This document shows, one piece after another, positions 1 through 11,278 of a DNA stretch of 64,000 bases (position 1 is the first letter of the stretch; every line of letters begins with the position of its first letter). The position numbers were made by a program, and so were the translations under genes. The notes beneath the pieces are model-generated. The model was not told where the DNA came from. It was given only the letters and a program-made list of their open reading frames with translations, and ran no database searches. This DNA comes from Oliverpabstia sp. (lineage in GTDB: Bacteria; Bacillota; Clostridia; Lachnospirales; Lachnospiraceae): assembly GCA_051879355.1 (NCBI GenBank), contig JBJELU010000078.1:33762-97761 (forward strand), given 5' to 3'.

Positions 1-2
1 AT

Positions 3-239
3 AAGTTTATGATGGAACATCTTTGCAGAAAGATTGAAAATGAAGTACGTGAGGAGGAAGAAAGGGCATCTTTGGAAGAACAGCAGAATAACGGAGATCG
101 GAGAGAAGTGGAGATGACAGTGAGAAGAGACGGGGATGGTCTCCGTGATCTGATTGGTGTATTGTTGTTTAACGAAATGTTCAGGAGAAGATGCAGGCAC
201 AGAAGATGCCGTGGTAATAATGGTAGATGGCGGTTTTAA
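3..239 (+). CDS. 3' part of a hypothetical protein, truncated by the window edge, with an Arg/Cys-rich C-terminus
   Basis: Frame is open from the left edge to TAA at 237-239 and is followed by a terminator hairpin. Confidence 0.6.
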   Translation, partial: KFMMEHLCRKIENEVREEEERASLEEQQNNGDRREVEMTVRRDGDGLRDLIGVLLFNEMFRRRCRHRRCRGNNGRWRF

Positions 240-243
240 TTGA

Positions 244-278
244 CAAAAATTCAGGGATATATTATCCCTGAATTTTTG
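244..278 (+). terminator. Rho-independent terminator
   Basis: Inverted repeat CAAAAATTCAGGGATA / TATCCCTGAATTTTTG. Confidence 0.8.
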
Positions 279-356
279 CATTTTGGGTGTTGAGCTTTGA
301 TGCGAAAACTATTAGAATAGAGGTGTTATATGAGTATAATCATTGGGAGAATATAG

Positions 357-1544
357 ATGACAGAATTTCAACAGATTTTAGATAGATATCTGGATATCCG
401 TCTGGTACAGATTGTGATCAGCGGTGCCAGAAAAAAAGAGGGACCATCCCGGATTAAAATCCGGCCGGTGATGATTAAGGATACGTTGATGTTTCAGAGT
501 ACGCAGACCGTAGGTTCCAAAGAATTCCATGCCAATCATGGAAAAGCAGAGATCCTGCAGCTGGCAGGGCAGTGGATGTCAGAGAGTTTCCGGCAAATGC
601 AGCTGGAGAGTGAAAAAGGAAATGTGAATGTTCTTGTTAGTAAAAAAGGCAAGTTCACCATCAAAGAAAAAAAGAATCTTCAGGGGATGCAGCAGAGCTG
701 TTGTCAGGATGAGGCGAGAAGAAAGGAAGAACTTTCGCATAACCGTAAGAAACGATATATCCTGGAAGAAGGGAGACCAGTGGATTTTCTGGTTGATCTG
801 GGGGTTATGACCAGGGAAGGCCGGATTGTACATGCCAGATATGATAAGTTCAGACAGATTAACCGATTCCTTGAATTTGTGGAAGATATTTTGCCGAAGC
901 TTGCCAGAGACAGGGAGATTACCATATTGGATTTTGGCTGTGGAAAGTCTTATCTTACCTTTGCCATGTATTATTATCTGCATGAACTGCAGCAGTATGA
1001 TGTGCGGATTATCGGATTGGATCTGAAAGAAGATGTGATTGAGACCTGCAGCCGTCTGGCAGAAAAGTATGGGTATGAAAAGCTTCGTTTTTACCAGGGA
1101 GATATTGCCTCTTATGAAGGGGTGAATCAGGTAGATATGGTGGTTACTCTGCATGCCTGTGATACTGCCACAGATTTTGCACTGGCGAAGGCAGTAAGCT
1201 GGGGAGCTTCTGTGATTTTGTCGGTGCCTTGCTGTCAGCATGAGTTGAATGGGCAGATTACATCTGAAGTAATGGCACCTGTCTTTCAGTATGGCGTTTT
1301 GAAGGAACGCATTGCGGCACTGATGACGGACGGTCTGCGGGCGCAGATGTTGGAACTGGCAGGATATGATACGCAGATTCTTGAGTTTATCGATATGGAA
1401 CATACGCCTAAGAATCTTTTGATACGTGCGGTTTATACGGGGAAGAAGAAGGAGAATGAAGGGAAGCTGCGGGCTTGTCTGGATGCGTTTTCCCTGCATC
1501 CCACACTGGAAAGCCTGCTGTTTGAAGGAGGCATAAAGGAATGA
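357..1544 (+). CDS. Class I SAM-dependent methyltransferase
   Basis: ILDFGCGKSYLT SAM-binding motif; LHACDTATD and VPCCQHE motifs. Confidence 0.85.
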   Translation: MTEFQQILDRYLDIRLVQIVISGARKKEGPSRIKIRPVMIKDTLMFQSTQTVGSKEFHANHGKAEILQLAGQWMSESFRQMQLESEKGNVNVLVSKKGKFTIKEKKNLQGMQQSCCQDEARRKEELSHNRKKRYILEEGRPVDFLVDLGVMTREGRIVHARYDKFRQINRFLEFVEDILPKLARDREITILDFGCGKSYLTFAMYYYLHELQQYDVRIIGLDLKEDVIETCSRLAEKYGYEKLRFYQGDIASYEGVNQVDMVVTLHACDTATDFALAKAVSWGASVILSVPCCQHELNGQITSEVMAPVFQYGVLKERIAALMTDGLRAQMLELAGYDTQILEFIDMEHTPKNLLIRAVYTGKKKENEGKLRACLDAFSLHPTLESLLFEGGIKE

Positions 1545-4012
1545 AAAAGGGGTTTATAAAAGCGGGAGTATTATTGCTGCTGTTTGCGGCAGCTTTTGGA
1601 AGTACATCGTTATTGATTAATCGGGAAAAAACAGTTGGAACCAGGCAGATGGAGGAACCTCAATTGCCTGTGATGTATATGGAAGTGGAAGATATTCTGG
1701 TCAATCCCATGTATGGATATGCAAGAGAAATGGAGGAGCAGTACATTCGCGAAAGCATTACACCACTTCCCACCGGCAGAGAGCTGACCATGGTGATTGA
1801 TCCAATGGAGAGTAACGTGGATACCATCGAATACCGGGTTTCTACTGCCGATGGTACAACTGTAGTGGAAAGTGGAAAAGTGGGAAAACTGACAACTGAG
1901 GGAGATTATCTGAAATCAGATTTTCAGCTGGATACACCGATTCTGATGAATCAGGAATACACACTCCGTTTTGATGTAACATTAAAGAACGGAGAAATAT
2001 ATTACTATTATACCCGACTTCTGCAGAGAGCAGGTATCAATACGGTGCAATATCTGAAATTTGTAGATAATTTTTATCAGAAATGTCTGAATAAAGAGAA
2101 TGCAGGCGAGCTTACCAGCTATCTGGAGCCGGATGAGACGGAGACAAACAGTACGTATGCGTCATTGAATATTCATTCCAGTTTTGACCGGATTACCTGG
2201 GGACAGATGGGAGTAAAACTGGAGCAGAAAGCGGTTCCGGTGATTAAGGATATCAATGAAACCACCTGCAGCATGGTGCTGTATTATCTGATTTCCGATG
2301 AGGATGAAAATGAAAATCCTGAATATTATAACGTAACGGATTTTTACCGGATGCGTTATACCCAGTCACGTGTCAGACTTCTGGATTTTGAGAGAAGAAC
2401 CCAGGAATTATATGATGGCTCCCATACAAAGCTGACCAGCGGAGGAATCAATCTGGGAATCGTGAACAAGACCATTCAGTACCAGTCCAATGCCAATTCT
2501 GACATCGTGGCATTTGTGCAGGAAGGAGAATTGTGGTCTTATAACAGAAGTGCCAATAAGACAACGCAGGTGTTCAGCTTCCGGGACGGAAGTCTTGATC
2601 AGAGAAAGAATCTGCAGCAGCACGGCATCAAGATTGTGCGTGTGGAAGAATCCGGTGATATCGATTTTGTTGTTTATGGATATATGAACAGTGATATACA
2701 TGAGGGTGAGGTAGGAATCGGTGTATATCATTATGGTGCAGAAGTTAATCAGGTGGAAGAGCAGTTATTTATTCCGATGAAATCCTCTTTCGAGTATATT
2801 AAGAGCGATATGGAGCTTCTTTCTTACGTGACAAAAGATGACATGCTTTACCTGATGCTGGAAAATAATTTATATCAGATTGATATTAATCAAAAAAGTT
2901 ATCAGATGATTCAGGAGAATCTGCAGCCGGACTGCTTTGTTATCAGTAAAAGTCAGGAAAGTATTGCCTGGATGAATGAGATGCTTGAAAATGGTTCCAC
3001 TTCCATAACCGTGATGAATCTGGAAAATGGAGAAAGCTATCAGATTCAGGCCCCTGCCGGTCAGAAAATTAAGGCTTTAGGATTTATGAATGAGGATCTG
3101 GTGTATGGGCTGGCTAACGATCAGGACATCGTGACAGACAATGCAGGCAATCTGACCTTTGCGATGACTTCTATTCGCATTGCACGATTTGGAGGTGAAA
3201 TCGTGAAAGAACATCACGAAGATCAGGTATGGGTCAGTGGTGTGAATCTTAAGGAGGGGCTCCTGGAGCTGCTGCGAGTAAAATGGGAGAATGGTGCTTA
3301 TGTGCCGATGAACAGCGACCACATCATGAATAATCTTCAGAATAATGAAGAGACTGTTACTATACGTCTGATTACTACCGAGAGGAAAGCTACCCAGATT
3401 GGCCTTGAGTTTGAAAAAAGTGTTGCGAACAATCATGTATTGTATGTGGTCTCTAATCTGGTGGAGCAGCAATCAATTTCTGTGCTGGAAATAGAACAGG
3501 AACGTCAGGAAAGCAATATTTATTATGTATATGCAAAAGGTAATCTGGACAGTACCTGGAGCAGAGTCAGCGATGCCATTAACCGGGCCAATGAGCAGAT
3601 GGGTGTGGTACTGAACCGCCAGCAGCAATATGTGTGGGAGCGGGGAAATCGGGGTGACAGCTATCTGGCCAATACAGAAGAAGTACCTTCGGTGATATTG
3701 AGCGGAACCATAGATGAAAATACGGTGCAGCAGCTGCTTGGCGATGAGTATTCGGTGCTGAATCTGACCGGCTGCACGCTGGACAGTGTGCTTTATTTTG
3801 TAAATCAGGGAAATCCGGTGATCGCCAAATCTTCAGAGACCTCCAATGTGGTAATCGTGGGATACAACGCATTGAATACCATATTATATTATCCGTCAAC
3901 CGGAGAGCAGAAGTACTTCGGCATGCAGGACAGCACAGAGATGTTCGCACGCTGGGGCAATGTATTTATCGGATATATGGACAATATGGGAAGTCCAAGT
4001 AAAGTAGAATAG
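1541..4012 (+). CDS. Large N-terminally membrane-anchored conserved hypothetical protein
   Basis: 823-aa ORF overlapping the upstream stop (ATGA-type coupling); N-terminal hydrophobic helix; beta-rich middle. Confidence 0.8.
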   Translation: MKKGFIKAGVLLLLFAAAFGSTSLLINREKTVGTRQMEEPQLPVMYMEVEDILVNPMYGYAREMEEQYIRESITPLPTGRELTMVIDPMESNVDTIEYRVSTADGTTVVESGKVGKLTTEGDYLKSDFQLDTPILMNQEYTLRFDVTLKNGEIYYYYTRLLQRAGINTVQYLKFVDNFYQKCLNKENAGELTSYLEPDETETNSTYASLNIHSSFDRITWGQMGVKLEQKAVPVIKDINETTCSMVLYYLISDEDENENPEYYNVTDFYRMRYTQSRVRLLDFERRTQELYDGSHTKLTSGGINLGIVNKTIQYQSNANSDIVAFVQEGELWSYNRSANKTTQVFSFRDGSLDQRKNLQQHGIKIVRVEESGDIDFVVYGYMNSDIHEGEVGIGVYHYGAEVNQVEEQLFIPMKSSFEYIKSDMELLSYVTKDDMLYLMLENNLYQIDINQKSYQMIQENLQPDCFVISKSQESIAWMNEMLENGSTSITVMNLENGESYQIQAPAGQKIKALGFMNEDLVYGLANDQDIVTDNAGNLTFAMTSIRIARFGGEIVKEHHEDQVWVSGVNLKEGLLELLRVKWENGAYVPMNSDHIMNNLQNNEETVTIRLITTERKATQIGLEFEKSVANNHVLYVVSNLVEQQSISVLEIEQERQESNIYYVYAKGNLDSTWSRVSDAINRANEQMGVVLNRQQQYVWERGNRGDSYLANTEEVPSVILSGTIDENTVQQLLGDEYSVLNLTGCTLDSVLYFVNQGNPVIAKSSETSNVVIVGYNALNTILYYPSTGEQKYFGMQDSTEMFARWGNVFIGYMDNMGSPSKVE

Positions 4013-4025
4013 AGGAGAAAGAAAA

Positions 4026-5141
4026 ATGGATGAAAGAATTGTAAAACTTGCCAGAGGTCTGGTTAACCACTCGATGAAGGTAAAGGAAAATGATAAAGTA
4101 TATATTCACTATGTGGGACAGGATACAGAACCCCTGGCCCGCCAGCTTGTGAAAGAGGTATATGCGGCAAAAGGTGTTCCGTTCGTACATTATACGGAGC
4201 CAAGACTGCAGAGAGAAATGCTGATGCATGCCACCAGAGAGCAGCTGGAACTGATGGCCAGGATTGATTCCATGGAAATGGATGAGATGGACTGTTATGT
4301 GGGAATCCGTGGTGCAGATAATGCAGCTGAATTGTCTGATGTGCCTGCAGACAAGATGTCCCTGTACGATACCTGCTATAATATACCGGTTCATCACGAG
4401 CGCAGAGTCGCTCATACCCGCTGGGTAGTGCTTCGCTATCCCAACTCTGCCATGGCACAGCTTTCCAATATGAGCCGGGAAGCTTTTGAAAACTTCTACT
4501 ATGATGTATGTACCATGGATTATGAAAAAATGGGAAATGCCATGGAGCATCTGGTAGATTATATGAACCGTACAGACAAAGTGCGTCTGGTGGGTCCGGG
4601 AACAGACCTGACATTCTCCATCAAAGATATACCGGCGATTGCCTGTGCAGGTGAAGCAAATATTCCCGACGGAGAAGTCTATACAGCACCGGTACGTGAA
4701 TCTGTCAATGGTGTCATCACGTATAATACGCCATCACCGATGAACGGATTTACGTATGAAAATGTGTGCCTGAAGTTTGAAAATGGAAAAATCGTAGAGG
4801 CAACAGCCAATGATACGGAGAAAATCAATAAGATTTTTGATACAGACGAAGGGGCCCGCTATGTAGGAGAATTTGCCATCGGAGTCAATCCCTATATCCT
4901 GAAGCCAATGAAAGATATTTTATTTGATGAGAAAATCTGCGGTTCCATTCATTTTACTCCGGGATGCTGCTATGATGACGCCTATAACGGCAACCATTCT
5001 GCCATTCACTGGGATCTGGTTATGATTCAGAGACCGGAGTACGGCGGAGGAGAAATGTATTTTGATGATGTGCTGGTTCGCAAAGATGGAAGATTTGTTG
5101 TTTCGGAGCTGGAGTGCCTGAATCCGGAAATGTTGGTGTAA
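4026..5141 (+). CDS. Aminopeptidase, M29 family (AmpS/AmpT-like)
   Basis: NIPDGEVYTAP, GEFAIG, LFDEKICGSIH and SAIHWD motifs. Confidence 0.9.
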   Translation: MDERIVKLARGLVNHSMKVKENDKVYIHYVGQDTEPLARQLVKEVYAAKGVPFVHYTEPRLQREMLMHATREQLELMARIDSMEMDEMDCYVGIRGADNAAELSDVPADKMSLYDTCYNIPVHHERRVAHTRWVVLRYPNSAMAQLSNMSREAFENFYYDVCTMDYEKMGNAMEHLVDYMNRTDKVRLVGPGTDLTFSIKDIPAIACAGEANIPDGEVYTAPVRESVNGVITYNTPSPMNGFTYENVCLKFENGKIVEATANDTEKINKIFDTDEGARYVGEFAIGVNPYILKPMKDILFDEKICGSIHFTPGCCYDDAYNGNHSAIHWDLVMIQRPEYGGGEMYFDDVLVRKDGRFVVSELECLNPEMLV

Positions 5142-5205
5142 TCTTGAACTTAACAGGGAAAAATGATACAATAGGAAGAAATTGGAGTCAGGGAGGAAAA
5201 TTGTG

Positions 5206-6597
5206 ATGCAGTTGACTACTGTCAGAGAAATTTATAAGAACAGAGAAGCATATCTGGATAAAGAAATAACGGTTGGAGGATGGGTACGCAGCGTACGCGA
5301 TTCCAAAACCTTTGGATTTATTGTACTGCATGATGGTACATTTTTTGAAACATTACAGGTGGTTTATCATGACAATATGGAGAACTTTGCAGAAGTCTCC
5401 AAACTGAATGTGGGGGCAGCAATCATTGTAAAAGGAACATTGGTGGCTACACCGCAGGCAAAGCAGCCATTTGAGATTCAGGCATCGGAAGTGAGTGTGG
5501 AAGGTGTTTCCGCACCGGATTATCCATTGCAGAAAAAACGCCACAGTATGGAATATCTGAGAACAGTATCCCATCTGCGTCCGAGAACCAACACGTTTCA
5601 GGCTGTTTTCAGAGTACGTTCTCTGATCGCCTATGCTATTCACAAGTTCTTCCAGGAAAGAGGATTTGTGTATGTACACACCCCGCTGATTACCGGCAGT
5701 GACTGTGAAGGTGCAGGCGAGATGTTCCAGGTAACAACCATGGATCTGAACAATATTCCAAAAACAAAAGAGGGAGAAATAGATTTTTCCAAAGATTTCT
5801 TTGGAAAAGCAACCAACCTGACCGTAAGCGGACAGCTGAACGGTGAGACTTATGCACAGGCATTCCGCAATATCTACACCTTCGGACCTACCTTCCGTGC
5901 AGAGAATTCCAATACCACCCGCCACGCAGCAGAATTCTGGATGATTGAGCCGGAAATCGCCTTTGCGGATCTGGAAGACGACATGATTCTGGCAGAATCC
6001 ATGCTGAAGTATATTATCCGCTATGTGCTGGAAAACGCTCCGGAAGAGATGAACTTCTTTAACTCTTTTATTGACAAGGGGCTTCTGGACCGTCTGAATA
6101 ATGTTGTGAATTCCGAATTTGCCCATGTGACTTATACAGAGGCCATTGATATTCTCAGCAAGAACAACGACAAGTTTGAATATAAAGTATCCTGGGGATG
6201 CGATCTGCAGACAGAACATGAAAGATATCTTACTGAGCAGGTATTCAAGCGTCCGGTATTTGTTACGGATTACCCGAAGGAAATCAAGGCATTCTATATG
6301 AAGCTGAATGAGGACGGAAAGACAGTGGCAGCTGTAGATTGTCTTGTTCCGGGAATTGGTGAAATCATCGGAGGAAGCCAGAGAGAGGATGACTACGACA
6401 AGCTGGTACAGCGTATGGATGAGCTGGGACTGAAGAAGGAAGATTATGATTTCTATCTCGACCTGAGAAAATACGGAAGTACCAGACATGCAGGATTTGG
6501 TCTTGGGTTTGAGCGCTGCGTGATGTATCTGACCGGTATGAGTAACATCCGTGACGTGATTCCATTCCCCAGAACCGTAAATAACTGCGATTTGTAA
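5206..6597 (+). CDS. asnS: Asparagine--tRNA ligase
   Basis: OB-fold N-terminus; [15 protein letters not shown] (motif 2); GFGLGFER (motif 3); SD GGGAGG before ATG at 5206. Confidence 0.97.
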   Translation: MQLTTVREIYKNREAYLDKEITVGGWVRSVRDSKTFGFIVLHDGTFFETLQVVYHDNMENFAEVSKLNVGAAIIVKGTLVATPQAKQPFEIQASEVSVEGVSAPDYPLQKKRHSMEYLRTVSHLRPRTNTFQAVFRVRSLIAYAIHKFFQERGFVYVHTPLITGSDCEGAGEMFQVTTMDLNNIPKTKEGEIDFSKDFFGKATNLTVSGQLNGETYAQAFRNIYTFGPTFRAENSNTTRHAAEFWMIEPEIAFADLEDDMILAESMLKYIIRYVLENAPEEMNFFNSFIDKGLLDRLNNVVNSEFAHVTYTEAIDILSKNNDKFEYKVSWGCDLQTEHERYLTEQVFKRPVFVTDYPKEIKAFYMKLNEDGKTVAAVDCLVPGIGEIIGGSQREDDYDKLVQRMDELGLKKEDYDFYLDLRKYGSTRHAGFGLGFERCVMYLTGMSNIRDVIPFPRTVNNCDL

Positions 6598-6609
6598 TTA
6601 GGAGAATTT

Positions 6610-7653
6610 ATGCGATTTATTCATATTGCAGATGTACATTTGGGGGCAGTTCCGGATTCGGGCTGCCCCTGGAGTGCCTATAGGGCAAAAGAAATATGGG
6701 AAACCTTCCGGAAAGTGATAGAACTTGCGGGAAATGAAAAAACGGATCTTCTGTTGATTGCCGGCGATTTTTTTCACCGTCAACCGCTGGTGAGGGAAGT
6801 ACGTGAGGTCAACTACCTGTTTTCCACAATTCCCCACACGCAGGTGGTCTGGATGGCAGGAAATCACGACTATATGAAGAAGGACTCTGCCTACAGAAAA
6901 ATCCAGTGGAACGATAATGTACATGGATTTTTCAGTCAGGAGCCTGATGTGATCTATCTGCCGGACTGTAAGACGTGGGTATATGGATTCAGCTATGAAC
7001 AGAGAGAAATCCGGGAAAATCTGTATCATGGTATCATGCCAAATGGGAAACCGGGGTATCATATTTTGCTTGCTCACGGTGGAGATGAAAAACATATCCC
7101 CATCAAACCGGAGGATGGTGCTTCATTTGACTATGCGGCACTGGGTCATATCCATAAACAGGGAATATTGATACCGAATCAGATGGCTTACGCAGGTGCA
7201 CTGGAGCCGCTGGACAGAAACCATGAGGGAAAGCATGGTTTTATCAGAGGAGAAATCCGGGATGGTCGGACACAGATTCAGTTTGTGCCTTTTGCCTGCC
7301 GGTCCTATCTGGATCTGGAAATCTGGAGCGATGCAACGATGACCCAGAGTGAACTGGAGCAGATTGTGAGAGAGCGAATCTATCAGCAGGGAAAAAACAA
7401 TATATACCGCATCCATATCAAAGGTCATCGGAGTCCGGATCTGGATTTTGATTTGCAGAGACTCTATGAGCTGGGAAATCTGGTGGAAGCAGTGGATGAG
7501 ACATTGCCCTATTATCAGCTGGAAAAATTGAGGAAGCAGCAGGAAGGAACCATTATTGGCGAATACATTGACTGCTTTGAAGGAAAAGAAGAAATCATAG
7601 AACGAAAAGCATTATTTTATGGCCTGCAGGCTCTGATGGAAACAGAATTATGA
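6610..7653 (+). CDS. Metallophosphoesterase / DNA repair exonuclease (SbcD/YhaO-like)
   Basis: HIADVHLG, AGDFF, AGNHD and ALGHIH calcineurin-like motifs. Confidence 0.9.
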   Translation: MRFIHIADVHLGAVPDSGCPWSAYRAKEIWETFRKVIELAGNEKTDLLLIAGDFFHRQPLVREVREVNYLFSTIPHTQVVWMAGNHDYMKKDSAYRKIQWNDNVHGFFSQEPDVIYLPDCKTWVYGFSYEQREIRENLYHGIMPNGKPGYHILLAHGGDEKHIPIKPEDGASFDYAALGHIHKQGILIPNQMAYAGALEPLDRNHEGKHGFIRGEIRDGRTQIQFVPFACRSYLDLEIWSDATMTQSELEQIVRERIYQQGKNNIYRIHIKGHRSPDLDFDLQRLYELGNLVEAVDETLPYYQLEKLRKQQEGTIIGEYIDCFEGKEEIIERKALFYGLQALMETEL

Positions 7654-9194
7654 GATTGACATATTTGTGGATTCAACGATTTGGAAAACTGAAAGAAAGG
7701 GAAATTTTCCTTCAGGACGGCATCAATATCATTTATGGTGCCAATGAAAGCGGGAAATCGACACTCCATTCTTTTATCAGGGGGATGTTGTTTGGAATGC
7801 CCAGATACCGTGGCCGGGCCTCCAGGACGGATCCCTATACCCGGTACGAACCCTGGGAAAGACCGGCGGACTATGCCGGAAGCATGAAATTTGTCACCGG
7901 CGGCAAAGAATTTCGGATTGACCGTAATTTTTATAAAAATGATGTGAGGGAGTATTTTGTCTGTGAAACCGATGGGGAACAGCTTTCTCTTGCTCATGGA
8001 GATCTGGAAGCCTTGCTCGGCGGAATGAACGAGAATATTTATGATAATACCGTTTCCATCGGTCAGCTGCGCAGTGAGACGGATGAAGGAATGGTGCAGG
8101 AACTGCAGAATTATATGGCAAATTTCGAAGGTGCCGGCTCCGGTGATGTGGATGTACAGCAGGCGGTACAGCGTCTGAAAAAGAAGAAGAAAGAATGGGA
8201 GTCCAGAAAACAGGATCAGGAAACCCGCAGACAAAGACAGCTGGAAGAGATGGATCGGCAGATACAATATATCAGCCAGGAGAGAGACGGACTGGAAAAC
8301 CAGCTGGAAAATCTGCAGAAAGAAAAGATAGATGTGGGGAATCCGGTAAAGAAATTACCACGATTACACCGACAAAGGAAACCGGAGCAGAGTTTTCAGA
8401 AAAAGCTTCAGCGGCCGGTGCTGGCAATACTGGCAGGAATTTTATTGTTCTGGCTGGCATCCCGTATGGAAATTGAAACCCTGATGACACCGCTGCTTCT
8501 GGTGATTTTCTTCGGTGTTATACTGGTTCTCGGCGGAGTATTTGAACTCATCGATCTGAGCCGTGAAAAACGAAACGGTGGAGCTGAGGAAAAGCCTGTG
8601 TCGCTGCAGTTATTATTAAGCCGTATGCAGGGCAGGGAGGAAGAACTTCAGCTGCAGGTACAAGAAAAGACCACGATATTACAGAATCTGAAAGAAAACA
8701 GAGAAGAGTTGATGGCTGATACAGAGGAAATCAGCGGTTGTGATACGGAGATTAAAAGTCTGGATCTTGCTGTGGAGACCCTCTCCCGGTTGTCCGGAAC
8801 CATAAAAATCCGCATCGGGCATAAGCTTCAGAAGCGTATGGAAGACATTCTCAGCGACATGACAGAAGGAAAATACAATCATATTTCCATGGATGAAAAT
8901 ATGAAAGTTACATTGTATGAAAGAAATCGCCCTGTGGCTTTATATCAGGTGAGCCGGGGAACGGTAGAGCAGGTGTATTTTGCTCTTCGGATGGCTGTCA
9001 GTGAGATTTTATGCGAGGAATGTATGCCGGTCCTTCTGGATGATGTATTTGCCATGTATGATGAAGAACGACTTCGTCAGACATTGCGGTGGCTGCATCA
9101 GAGAGGAGGTCAGACGGTGATTTTCACCTGCCATAAAAGGGAGATGGAAATATTGCGTCAGGAAGGGATACCGGTTCATGTGATTGAGATGTAG
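7650..9194 (+). CDS. SMC/Rad50-like ATPase (YhaN-like) with internal TM segments
   Basis: Walker [10 protein letters not shown]; coiled coil; signature-like VSRGT; Walker B VLLDD; FTCH. Confidence 0.85.
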   Translation: MRLTYLWIQRFGKLKEREIFLQDGINIIYGANESGKSTLHSFIRGMLFGMPRYRGRASRTDPYTRYEPWERPADYAGSMKFVTGGKEFRIDRNFYKNDVREYFVCETDGEQLSLAHGDLEALLGGMNENIYDNTVSIGQLRSETDEGMVQELQNYMANFEGAGSGDVDVQQAVQRLKKKKKEWESRKQDQETRRQRQLEEMDRQIQYISQERDGLENQLENLQKEKIDVGNPVKKLPRLHRQRKPEQSFQKKLQRPVLAILAGILLFWLASRMEIETLMTPLLLVIFFGVILVLGGVFELIDLSREKRNGGAEEKPVSLQLLLSRMQGREEELQLQVQEKTTILQNLKENREELMADTEEISGCDTEIKSLDLAVETLSRLSGTIKIRIGHKLQKRMEDILSDMTEGKYNHISMDENMKVTLYERNRPVALYQVSRGTVEQVYFALRMAVSEILCEECMPVLLDDVFAMYDEERLRQTLRWLHQRGGQTVIFTCHKREMEILRQEGIPVHVIEM

Positions 9195-9204
9195 GAGGAA
9201 AAAT

Positions 9205-10035
9205 ATGTTGAGAATAGGATGTCATCTTTCATCCTCAAAGGGATTTTTACATATGGGAAAAGAAGCTGTCCAGATTGGTGCGAATACCTTCCAGTTTTTC
9301 ACCCGTAATCCCAGAGGAAGTAAAGCAAAAAAAATTGACGAAAAGGATGTGCAGGCATATCACAGATTTGCCGCGGAACATGGGATCAGCCAGATTCTGG
9401 CTCATGCACCGTATACCCTGAATCCCTGTTCCAAAGACGCACATACCCAGGAATTTGCCCTGATGACAATGGAAGATGATCTGAAACGTATGGAATACGT
9501 ACCGGGAAATTGTTATAATTTTCATCCGGGAAGTCATGTGGGTCAGGGGGCAGAAGAAGGGATTCGTCTGATCGCAGATACCCTGAATCAGATTCTGAAA
9601 AAGGAACAGCACACCACAGTCCTGCTGGAGACAATGGCGGGGAAAGGAACAGAAGTTGGACGCAGTTTTGAGGAAATACGGGCAATCCTTGATAAAATTG
9701 ATCTGAAAGACCACATGGGTGTCTGCCTGGATACCTGTCATGTCTATGACGCAGGTTACGACATTGTAAACCATCTGGATCAGGTGTTGGAAGAATTTGA
9801 TGCTGTGATCGGACTGGAACGTCTGAAGGCAATTCATATGAATGATAGCAAGAATCCTTTTGCCAGTCATAAAGACCGGCATGAAAAAATAGGGGAAGGA
9901 TCATTGGGGTCTGAAACTTTCCGTCAGATGGTCAATCATCCCCTGCTGGCAGGAATCCCGATTTATCTGGAAACGCCCAATGAGCTGGACGGATATGCCA
10001 GAGAAATACAGATGTTGAGAGATATGGAAAAATAA
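9205..10035 (+). CDS. nfo: Endonuclease IV (AP endonuclease)
   Basis: [37 protein letters not shown] and ETP motifs; SD AGGAGG. Confidence 0.95.
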   Translation: MLRIGCHLSSSKGFLHMGKEAVQIGANTFQFFTRNPRGSKAKKIDEKDVQAYHRFAAEHGISQILAHAPYTLNPCSKDAHTQEFALMTMEDDLKRMEYVPGNCYNFHPGSHVGQGAEEGIRLIADTLNQILKKEQHTTVLLETMAGKGTEVGRSFEEIRAILDKIDLKDHMGVCLDTCHVYDAGYDIVNHLDQVLEEFDAVIGLERLKAIHMNDSKNPFASHKDRHEKIGEGSLGSETFRQMVNHPLLAGIPIYLETPNELDGYAREIQMLRDMEK

Positions 10036-10051
10036 TCACAAGTAATATAGG

Positions 10052-10082
10052 AATGCCCCTGACAGTTTTTGTCGGGGGCATT
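10052..10082. terminator. Bidirectional terminator between nfo and prs
   Basis: AATGCCCCTGACA / TGTCGGGGGCATT hairpin between convergent genes. Confidence 0.75.
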
Positions 10083-10089
10083 TCGTAAA

Positions 10090-11277
10090 TCAGCCGATTG
10101 GCTCGTGATTTCTATACTTGGTGAGTACCTTCTGAATACGTTCTACCGGGTTCAGCAGTTTGCTGATAGAGTCGTCATGATTCAGTGTGTCAATAATCAG
10201 TGCAATATATTTACTCATATCACAATTGATATAGTAAGGCCGTTCAAGCAGTTCCGGTGTCTGATAAATCAGGTTGGTGGTCAGGATACGGTCAAAAATA
10301 CCTTTTTCATAAGCTTCATCAAACTTGGACAGACCATTGGTGAAGAGCCCGAAAGTAGAGCACATAAAAATCTTGTGTGCACCTCTGGCCTTAAGCAGCT
10401 GAGCTACTTCCAGCATACTGTCTCCGGAGGAAATCATATCATCAATAATAATCATATCTTTCCCATGAACATCAGCACCCAGGAATTCATGTGCAACGAT
10501 AGGATTACGTCCGTCAATGATGGTAGAGTAATCCCTTCTCTTATAGAACATACCCATATCGATGCCCAGGTTATTGGCAAGATAGATTGCTCTGCTCATA
10601 CCTCCTTCATCCGGGCTGATGATCATCAGATGATCTTTGTCAAGCTGAAGATCTTTTTCCTTCATCAGAAGATTTTTGATGAACTGGTAAGCCGGCTGAA
10701 CGGTTTCAAAGCCGTGGAGCGGAATCGCATTCTGAATACGCGGATCGTGAGCATCGAAAGTAATGATGTTCTCTACACCCATATTAATCAGTTCCTGAAG
10801 ACCCAGTGCACAGTCCAGAGATTCTCTTCCTGTACGTCTGTGCTGGCGGCTTTCATAAAGGAATGGCATAATAACATTGATGCGGCGTGCTTTTCCTGCA
10901 ATGGCAGCAATGACACGTTTCAGGTTCTGAAAATGGTCATCCGGCGACATATGGTTGGTCTGACCGCAGAGGGAATAGGTAAGGCTGTAGTTGCAGACAT
11001 CCACAAGAATGTAAATATCGTCACCGCGCACAGACTCTTTCAGGATACCCTTACCTTCGCCGGAACCAAATCTTGGAAGATCAGAACCAATCAGATAAGT
11101 ATCCCGTTCATATCCATCAAATGCAATCGTGTTGTGGTACTGACTATGGCTGTCTTTTCTCCATTCTACCAGATACCGATCAACCTTTTCGCCCAGCTCG
11201 GCACAGCTGTATGGCGAAATGATTCCCAGACGTCCTACAGGAAGTTTCTGTAAATCCTTCGTTTTTTTGTATGCCAT
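10090..11277 (-). CDS. prs: Ribose-phosphate pyrophosphokinase
   Basis: PFLYESRQHRR, FDAHDPRIQ and SPDEGG motifs; PRPP-binding loop IIDDMISSGDS. Confidence 0.9.
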   Translation of the reverse strand: MAYKKTKDLQKLPVGRLGIISPYSCAELGEKVDRYLVEWRKDSHSQYHNTIAFDGYERDTYLIGSDLPRFGSGEGKGILKESVRGDDIYILVDVCNYSLTYSLCGQTNHMSPDDHFQNLKRVIAAIAGKARRINVIMPFLYESRQHRRTGRESLDCALGLQELINMGVENIITFDAHDPRIQNAIPLHGFETVQPAYQFIKNLLMKEKDLQLDKDHLMIISPDEGGMSRAIYLANNLGIDMGMFYKRRDYSTIIDGRNPIVAHEFLGADVHGKDMIIIDDMISSGDSMLEVAQLLKARGAHKIFMCSTFGLFTNGLSKFDEAYEKGIFDRILTTNLIYQTPELLERPYYINCDMSKYIALIIDTLNHDDSISKLLNPVERIQKVLTKYRNHEPIG

Positions 11278-11278
11278 T

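Noticed and set aside
10069-11253. 394-aa + strand ORF
   Set aside because: Antisense shadow of prs with no SD or motifs. The same applies to 579-1499, 5353-6489 and 29351-30514.
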